In this document: positions 57,976 to 64,000 of the stretch, piece by piece | How positions within the stretch are numbered: the first letter of the stretch is position 1 | Layout: each line of letters starts with the position of its first letter | From: Nannocystales bacterium | GTDB lineage: Bacteria; Myxococcota_A; Polyangia; Nannocystales; Nannocystaceae | NCBI GenBank assembly: GCA_050633305.1 | Contig: JBOEGF010000015.1 | Location: 32,001-96,000, forward strand | DNA: 64,000 bases | Direction: 5' to 3' | Program-made: the position numbers and the translations under genes | The notes under the pieces: model-generated | Database searches by the model: none | What the model saw: the letters and a program-made list of their open reading frames with translations, nothing else | What the model was told of the DNA's origin: nothing

Positions 57976-59829
57976 TCAGCCCCCGAAGACCACGCCCCAG
58001 GCAGCCTTCACCATCAGACCGAGCTCCAGTTGTGAACGTTCGTCCCGAGGGACTCGTTCTCCGGAGAGGTACGTGTCCACGACCTCGATCTCGTTCCACT
58101 GTCTTGCCGGGACATCGTACGGGCTCGCCGAGAGCACCGTGAAGTCGGCCCGCTTGCCAACGGAGATGCTCCCCACCGAGGCCTCCGCGAAGATTTGCCA
58201 CGCGGCGTCGATCGTGACGGCTCGCAAGGCATCGTCGACGCTGATCCGTTCGTCTGGCCCAAGCACTCTCCCAGAACGTGTTGCTCGGGTCACCGCAGTC
58301 GAAAGAGCTCGGAACACGCCCAGTGGCGACGACGGCGTGTCGGTATGGATCGACGCACGGTGGCCCTCCTCGATCGCCGAGCCGATCGGCATGAACCTCG
58401 CAGCCCTTTGTGAGCCCACGATGTGGTCGTGTAGCGCGTCGCCGTAGTAACCCACATGATCCATGTAGAAGCTGACCGTGACCCCGAGCATCCGCGCACG
58501 ACGAAGTTGGGACCTCGTGATCAGCGCGTTGTGTTCCATTCGGTGCCGATGGTCGGTGCGTGGGAATGAACGCTGCGCGGCGTCGACGGCTCCGAGGAAC
58601 TGGTCGACGGCCCGCTCCCCCTGGGTGTGGGCTGCGACTTGCCACCCGGCACGGTGGTAGCGCTCGACGAGTCCCGCGAGTTCAGCGTCCGTGAAATGCA
58701 GCTCTCCGCGCGAACCCGAGGGGATTCCCAGGACGTCACGATTGAAGGGCCCGTCCACGTAGGACTCCTCCATCGCCATTCCCCCCGCGTACGGTGACCC
58801 GTCAACCCAGAGCTTCGGGCCGAGGACACGAAAACGTTCGTTTCCCTGCCCCGGGAGGAAGCTAGATTCGGCAAGCCGGTCGTGCAGCGGGTACGTGACG
58901 ACGCGAACCGGTGCCGCCCCGTCTTCGGCAGTGACTTGGGCGACGGCCAGATGATGCGGGATGGAAGGCTGCAACCCCGGAGCACACACGGTCGTGTACC
59001 CCGCCTGCGCGTACGCCCTCCATTGCTGGGCGAGCAACATCGCGTAGGCAGCGGTCGGATACTTGGGGACCGCCTCGCGAAGCTTGGCCATCGCCCCGAC
59101 CTCCTTGATCCCCCCGGTGAGCTCACCGTCCTCGTCTCGCTCGAAGTACCCACCCGCCGGGTCGGGACTGTCGCGAGTGATACCCGCAGCCGAGAACGCG
59201 GCCGAGTTGGCGTGTGCGGAGTGTAGTGTTTGCGCGATGATCAGCAGCGGGTTGTTCGGTGCAATCGCATCGAGTTCCGCCAACGTCGGAGGGGAGAGGT
59301 CGGGCACGAGTGCGGGGTCCCAGCCGTACGCAATGACCCACTCGCCGCCACCCGCCTGAGCGACCCCACGGTCGATGACCTCCATGACCTCGGCGCGTGT
59401 GCTGTGGTGAAACCCCGAGATGTCGAGGGTCTGACTCATCATGGCCGACAAAATCGGGTGGCTGTGAGCATCGATCAGCCCAGGAAGAAGGACGGCATCG
59501 CCGAGTTCGACAACCCGGGTCGCGGTCCCCTTGTATGCGAGCACCTCTTCTCGTGACCCGACCACGTGGATTCGTCCATCTCTGACCGCGACCGCTTCGG
59601 CCCTCGGACGTAACTCGTCGACCGTGATGATCTGCCCGAGCACAATGAGATCAGCCCGGTTCGGCTCTTCCTCGAGCGAGGGAACGGAACGCCCCAGGCT
59701 GGCGATCGTTCCCAACAGAGCGACCACGACGAGCGCGAGCGCGATGAACAGCAAGGTACGCCTACGAATGCGAGGCCGGCCGACACCACCCCGGGCCGGC
59801 GAACGCGAGGGGGTCTTCTTTGCGGTCAT
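57976..59829 (-). CDS. Amidohydrolase 3 (YtcJ-like) family protein with N-terminal TM anchor
   Basis: LPGLIDAHSH, KLWVDGS, AHTQGE, RHRMEH, HTDTP, GSISVGKRADF. Confidence 0.9.
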   Translation of the reverse strand: MTAKKTPSRSPARGGVGRPRIRRRTLLFIALALVVVALLGTIASLGRSVPSLEEEPNRADLIVLGQIITVDELRPRAEAVAVRDGRIHVVGSREEVLAYKGTATRVVELGDAVLLPGLIDAHSHPILSAMMSQTLDISGFHHSTRAEVMEVIDRGVAQAGGGEWVIAYGWDPALVPDLSPPTLAELDAIAPNNPLLIIAQTLHSAHANSAAFSAAGITRDSPDPAGGYFERDEDGELTGGIKEVGAMAKLREAVPKYPTAAYAMLLAQQWRAYAQAGYTTVCAPGLQPSIPHHLAVAQVTAEDGAAPVRVVTYPLHDRLAESSFLPGQGNERFRVLGPKLWVDGSPYAGGMAMEESYVDGPFNRDVLGIPSGSRGELHFTDAELAGLVERYHRAGWQVAAHTQGERAVDQFLGAVDAAQRSFPRTDHRHRMEHNALITRSQLRRARMLGVTVSFYMDHVGYYGDALHDHIVGSQRAARFMPIGSAIEEGHRASIHTDTPSSPLGVFRALSTAVTRATRSGRVLGPDERISVDDALRAVTIDAAWQIFAEASVGSISVGKRADFTVLSASPYDVPARQWNEIEVVDTYLSGERVPRDERSQLELGLMVKAAWGVVFGG

Positions 59830-60089
59830 GCGGTTCGTTTTCGGTGGGACCGCCGGCGCGAGGTCGCGGCGGGTCAGGCCTCGAAGCCTACCGCGCTCCC
59901 GAGGCAACGGGTTGGAACCCACGGGGCCTTGACGCTCGAGGTGTCCCGACACGAGCGACCGAACAGTCCACTCAATACAAGCCCTCGAAACGCAGCCTAG
60001 ACAGTAGCGGTTGTGCGTGAGCACAGGGCCGAGCGCCTGGCTCGGAGATTGACACGAGGCGTAGCGGAACGGCGGGAACAACAGCGAGG

Positions 60090-60692
60090 CTAGAGATGAA
60101 GGCGGTCGCGGAGACTGCAGACCCAGTCATCGAACGAGTCGACCGCGCGACCACGTACGGACACGTCCGCTTCCACGCTGTCCCTCAGCTTGGCCTTGGC
60201 ACTGCGTAGTCGGGTGCGCACCGTTCCCTCGGGAAGGTCCAAGGCTTCCGCCAACTCAGGGCCCGTCAAGCCATCCCAGTAGTGCATCTGAAGCAGGAGT
60301 TGGTCCGCCAGCGGAATGGTGCGTAGCGCGAGAAGCAGCCGACGTTCTGCGTCCCGGTGGGCGATCACCGAGGTTGCAGAGGCGCCCAGCGCTTCGAGAC
60401 TCATCGCGCCGACGTCGACCTCCCGCGGGCGTCGCGATCGCGTGCGCCAATACATCAGCACCTTGTTTCGAGCGATGCCCATCAAATAGGCGCCAAAGCT
60501 CGCGTCCGCCCGGAACCGTGCACGCCCCTCGAGCGCTGCGACCAGGGTTTCCTGGACCAAATCCTCTGCCGCACCCGGAGCCGAGAGCTCGAAGAAACGA
60601 AACAGACGATCGAAGTGCCGGGTGAGGAGAGCTTGAGCCGCCCGTTCGTCCCCCAGGTCCCACGCCTCGAGCAACTCCTTCTCGGTGGGCAC
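60090..60692 (-). CDS. ECF RNA polymerase sigma factor
   Basis: ELLEAW..GD, AEDLVQET, YLMGIARN, LPEGTVRTRL. Confidence 0.9.
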   Translation of the reverse strand: MPTEKELLEAWDLGDERAAQALLTRHFDRLFRFFELSAPGAAEDLVQETLVAALEGRARFRADASFGAYLMGIARNKVLMYWRTRSRRPREVDVGAMSLEALGASATSVIAHRDAERRLLLALRTIPLADQLLLQMHYWDGLTGPELAEALDLPEGTVRTRLRSAKAKLRDSVEADVSVRGRAVDSFDDWVCSLRDRLHL

Positions 60693-60751
60693 GGACGCAA
60701 CATACACTCCGGTCACGTGCGTGCCCCTGCGGGTGCGCGCCACTGTCTCCC

Positions 60752-61648
60752 GTGAGCAGCCTTTCCGAAGCAGCCGCGTCTGTGCCCGTGTTCGTCCCGG
60801 TCGAAAAGGCTCGGGTCCGCGCGAATCTGCAAGCGCGGCTTGCTGGCCGAGATCCTGCCCCCACCACCGTCGGTCGTTACACACTGCGAGCCCGTATTGG
60901 CCAGGGGGCACACGGGGTGGTCTACCGGGCCCATGATCCCAAGCTCGATCGGGAGGTCGCACTCAAGCTCGTGCTCTCGCCAGAATCGGACCATGCCGTC
61001 CTCGCGGAAGCGCACGCCCTCGCCAAGCTGACCCACCCGAACGTGGTCGCGGTGTACGACGTCGGCGCGTTGGATCACGCCGTGTACATCGCGATGGAGT
61101 GGGTTCGAGGCATGACCCTTAGGGACTGGTTCGAGTGCGAGCCACGGAGTGAAAGAGAAACAATCCGCGTGATGCTCGATGCTGGAAGGGGACTTCACGC
61201 CGCCCATGTCGCCGGACTCGTGCACCAGGACTTCAAGCCCCACAACGTCATGGTCGGAGACGACGGCAGGGTCAGAATCCTGGACTTCGGGTTGGCCCAG
61301 CCGGCCTCCGCCGCAGGGAGCCCCGTGGCGGGCACGCCCGACTACATGGCCCCCGAACAACGGCGGGGCGTCACACCGAACGCACTCTGCGACCAGTACA
61401 GCTTCTGCGTCACGTTTCACGAGGCACTCACCCGCAGACGCCCGGCGGCTGGCCGACTTGCGCGGGTCTGGCTCGCGCTCGCCAAACCGATCCTCGCCCG
61501 TGGGCTGCGGGAGGACCCCCAAGAGCGCCACACCTCGATCGCGACCCTGATCCAGCGGTTCGAGAGGCGCCGAATTCTCGCCCTTGCGGCCGCTCTCGTG
61601 GTGGCGGGGAGCTTGGGAGCCTTGCTCATGCGGGCTCTCCTGGGCTGA
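60752..61648 (+). CDS. Short Ser/Thr protein kinase with C-terminal TM
   Basis: IGQGAHG, VALK, HQDFKPHN, DFG, GTPDYMAPE; ends in one hydrophobic helix. Start uncertain. Confidence 0.85.
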   Translation: MSSLSEAAASVPVFVPVEKARVRANLQARLAGRDPAPTTVGRYTLRARIGQGAHGVVYRAHDPKLDREVALKLVLSPESDHAVLAEAHALAKLTHPNVVAVYDVGALDHAVYIAMEWVRGMTLRDWFECEPRSERETIRVMLDAGRGLHAAHVAGLVHQDFKPHNVMVGDDGRVRILDFGLAQPASAAGSPVAGTPDYMAPEQRRGVTPNALCDQYSFCVTFHEALTRRRPAAGRLARVWLALAKPILARGLREDPQERHTSIATLIQRFERRRILALAAALVVAGSLGALLMRALLG

Positions 61649-62660
61649 CATCGCGGCCCAGTTCAGCGGCCAGCATCATCATGGCGCCCACGCCATAACT
61701 GAGACCGCGCATCCGAGGAGACCAACGGTAGGCCAGCGCCGGTCCCGGGATGATGGGGGCAGAAATCCCGGCGAGCGTCAGCCCTGCCCGAGACTGAACG
61801 AGCCTCGAGCACAAACCCTCCCAGGCCTTCCAGGCCGCCTGGCGGGCCTGGGAAGGAAGCCAGCCTCGCCGAGCGCCCAACGCCAGCGCGTAGGCCACGA
61901 GCGCGGTTCCGGATGTCTCCACAGGACAGCTCGGCATATCGACAACCGTCGGCCACAGGCCCGACTCCGCCTGCCGTTCGAGCAGGGCCGCCGCCTGCAG
62001 TTCGAAGGCCGCACGGAGGTGGGGCGCCGGAGCGAGCGCCAGCAACTCCGCGAGACAAACCGCCGCCCAGCCGTTGCCCCGCAGCCAATGAACGGGCACC
62101 CGGCGGTCGGGCGAAAGCTTCGCGTGGCGGAACAGCCCGTGTGCACTCTGTAGATGGCGGCAGAACGCCTCGGCGTGTCGAACGGCCATGCGCGTGAGCC
62201 ACGGCTCTTGCGATGCCGCGCCGAGCTGGGCTGCGGTTGCGACGTACATCATCATCGAGTCGACCCAAACTCCCGGTCGGACGAAATGCCGCACCCAAGC
62301 GTGCCGACCGAGGTGCTCCAACACCCCGTGCTCGTTCTCGGGCGCCGTGCGTAGGTATCGGACGACTCGATCGGACGCGAAACGAGCCTCAGTGCTCTCC
62401 GTCCATCCCAACAAACGTACGCTGGTCTGAGCCCCGAGGCACTGGTCGGACAGGGAGATCGACGGCACCGCGAGGTGTCTGGACTGGTAGTCCTCCAACG
62501 CGCCGAGGTGTCGTTCGCGCAGGGAAGGGCTCACGGCCATGAGATGGCCAAGCCCCACCATCGCCGTGCTCGCGTCCCAACGCCAAGGGAGCGTGTGTGA
62601 AGGTCGTCGTCGAAGAAGGCTTTCGGCGAGCGCTCCTCCTATCTCCAGAGGGGCGCTCAA
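61626..62660 (-). CDS. Glycoside hydrolase family 105/88 (unsaturated glycuronyl hydrolase-like)
   Basis: WRWD, WVDSMMM, GLFRH, WLRGNGW, SGLW, ETSGTA, YGVGA. The TTG start overlaps the upstream stop. Confidence 0.8.
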   Translation of the reverse strand: MSAPLEIGGALAESLLRRRPSHTLPWRWDASTAMVGLGHLMAVSPSLRERHLGALEDYQSRHLAVPSISLSDQCLGAQTSVRLLGWTESTEARFASDRVVRYLRTAPENEHGVLEHLGRHAWVRHFVRPGVWVDSMMMYVATAAQLGAASQEPWLTRMAVRHAEAFCRHLQSAHGLFRHAKLSPDRRVPVHWLRGNGWAAVCLAELLALAPAPHLRAAFELQAAALLERQAESGLWPTVVDMPSCPVETSGTALVAYALALGARRGWLPSQARQAAWKAWEGLCSRLVQSRAGLTLAGISAPIIPGPALAYRWSPRMRGLSYGVGAMMMLAAELGRDVSPGEPA

Positions 62661-63142
62661 AACCTGCCACCTACGGACATGCCAGCACCTTCTGGGGAGA
62701 TGTGAGATCGGAAGGACAGAGCGTGCCGACGCTGTACGAGGCGGCGGCGTGCCGCGTCGCCCACGACCGTCAGGGCGACCCCGGAGGCGAGCATGCCAAC
62801 GGGGACGTAGAACCCGAACGCACGAAATATGGCACGCTCCCTCTTTTCGATGCCACGCTCTTTCTTGGAAGGGGGTTCGTCCGTGAAGTCGGTGGGATGC
62901 ATCGAGTCGATGGCCCTGAACACGCCCACCGCGGCCGAGATCGACAGCCAAGTGCCGCCGACGCTCAGACTCACCAGGCCGGGAACCAACAACTTCGCCT
63001 GGCGCCGGTCTCGACGGTACGCAGTGCTCGCAGCCGGGACGGCCACGGACGGCGCCGTGCGTGGCGGGATCAACTCGGGCGGCCCGGGCGGCGTGGCGAG
63101 GGCTGAAAGCAGGGTCGGGCCGACTAAGATCGAGGGAGTCAT
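62657..63142 (-). CDS. Hypothetical membrane protein
   Basis: Signal-like N-terminus, two Gly-rich hydrophobic helices, C-terminal SPEGAGMSVGGRF. Confidence 0.65.
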   Translation of the reverse strand: MTPSILVGPTLLSALATPPGPPELIPPRTAPSVAVPAASTAYRRDRRQAKLLVPGLVSLSVGGTWLSISAAVGVFRAIDSMHPTDFTDEPPSKKERGIEKRERAIFRAFGFYVPVGMLASGVALTVVGDAARRRLVQRRHALSFRSHISPEGAGMSVGGRF

Positions 63143-63247
63143 CACGCTCTGACCCTTCGTTGCCGTCGCCAGAGAATCGATTGCCACTGGATGCGGGTTT
63201 TCTGTGGACCCGCGGAACCCCGCGGGCTGCTACGTTGCCGAGCGCGG

Positions 63248-64000
63248 ATGGCGGACGACGACTCCAAGACTCCCGAGCCCCCTGAAGACACCGAAGCCGA
63301 GGTGAGCAGCGGCGAGGACAGCCCAGACGCCCCCGGTGCGTTCCGCGCCGTCGGCCAAGCGATTGGGGGTTTTGCGCGACGCGTCGGTGCCTTCGCATCC
63401 TCCGCCGCAGGGCGCCCGGTGATCCCCGAAGACTTGCGGGAGCCGCTCGCCGCAGCGCGCGCCCTTCGGTACGAAGGAGACCGGAGCCGGTCCCTTGCCC
63501 GTCTTCGAGCCATCAACGTCGAGCAACCCGGCGAACCCTTCGTCGCGCTCGCGATGGCACTCACCCACCTGCACGACCTGCTCGAGGGCGGTCGACCCAT
63601 CAAGGCGCTGGAGGAGCTGGGCGAGGCGCTTGGTGATGCGCTCGGCCGAGGCGCGCCGTTGCTGGTCTCCGCGGGACCCTTCCTTGGCCAGGACAACCCC
63701 GGTCGGGCGTTGGATCTGATTCGTCGCGCCATGCCCGAGCTTCGACGGTTGCCCGACCCGGTTGAGAGCGAGGCTGTTTGGCTGGCCCATGTGATGGCCG
63801 GCCTCGCTCAACTGCAGCTCGGCAACGAAGAGCGATCGCTTCGTGAGCTTCAAAAAGCCCGCGCCCGTACCCCGTCCGAGGTCGCCGGCGGTCTGCGCAA
63901 GCTGATCCTCAAACACGGGGTCGAGCTCGCCCTGGTCGGCGGCCAGCTCGGCGACGCGGAGTCGTGGGTCCGCGAAGCCCTCCGCGAGAACCCGGACGAC
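63248..64000 (+). CDS. TPR-like helical repeat protein (runs off the window)
   Basis: Manual translation from ATG 63248 (MADDDSKTPEPPED...GLAQLQLGNEERSLRELQKA...AESWVREALRENPDD) is open to the end of the window. Confidence 0.7.
   Translation, partial: MADDDSKTPEPPEDTEAEVSSGEDSPDAPGAFRAVGQAIGGFARRVGAFASSAAGRPVIPEDLREPLAAARALRYEGDRSRSLARLRAINVEQPGEPFVALAMALTHLHDLLEGGRPIKALEELGEALGDALGRGAPLLVSAGPFLGQDNPGRALDLIRRAMPELRRLPDPVESEAVWLAHVMAGLAQLQLGNEERSLRELQKARARTPSEVAGGLRKLILKHGVELALVGGQLGDAESWVREALRENPDD

Noticed and set aside
62661..63398. 590-aa ORF as an extended GH105
   Set aside because: The N-terminal part overlaps two other genes and has shadow-like composition; hydrolase motifs begin after TTG 62660.

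Overview
This is high-GC chromosomal DNA from a myxobacterium (Myxococcota, Nannocystaceae-like), judged from mglBA, several Ser/Thr kinases and PEGA/TPR proteins. It holds about 50 CDS. I saw no rRNA, tRNA, CRISPR array or transposase. Core genes are topB, psd, an argD-like aminotransferase and the dnaX-(2 intervening genes)-ybaB-recR-mglB-mglA block. Accessory genes include a MATE pump, two LysR regulators, two GSTs, an M13 peptidase, hscC with two KPD-type J-domain proteins, a CxxCH/lipoprotein/Tat three-gene operon, a kinase plus FHA-LuxR pair, a WYL regulator with a visible operator, a Tle1-like lipase, an amidohydrolase, an ECF sigma/kinase pair and a GH105/88 hydrolase. The best candidates for something new are: (1) an operon of a catalytically dead M48 peptidase, a mitofusin-like dynamin and a PLD fused to a degenerate lipin/LNS2-like module; (2) five protein-conserved copies of LAFTPTSVPDF in the DnaX linker; (3) tandem NrdR-like boxes ahead of a small ribbon-helix-helix gene upstream of dnaX; (4) a membrane protein near mglBA whose tail resembles the MglB C-terminal helix; (5) an orphan gene flanked by 13-bp direct repeats. 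All family calls come from reading motifs by eye; no searches were run. Several start codons were re-called from the ORF track and are approximate.
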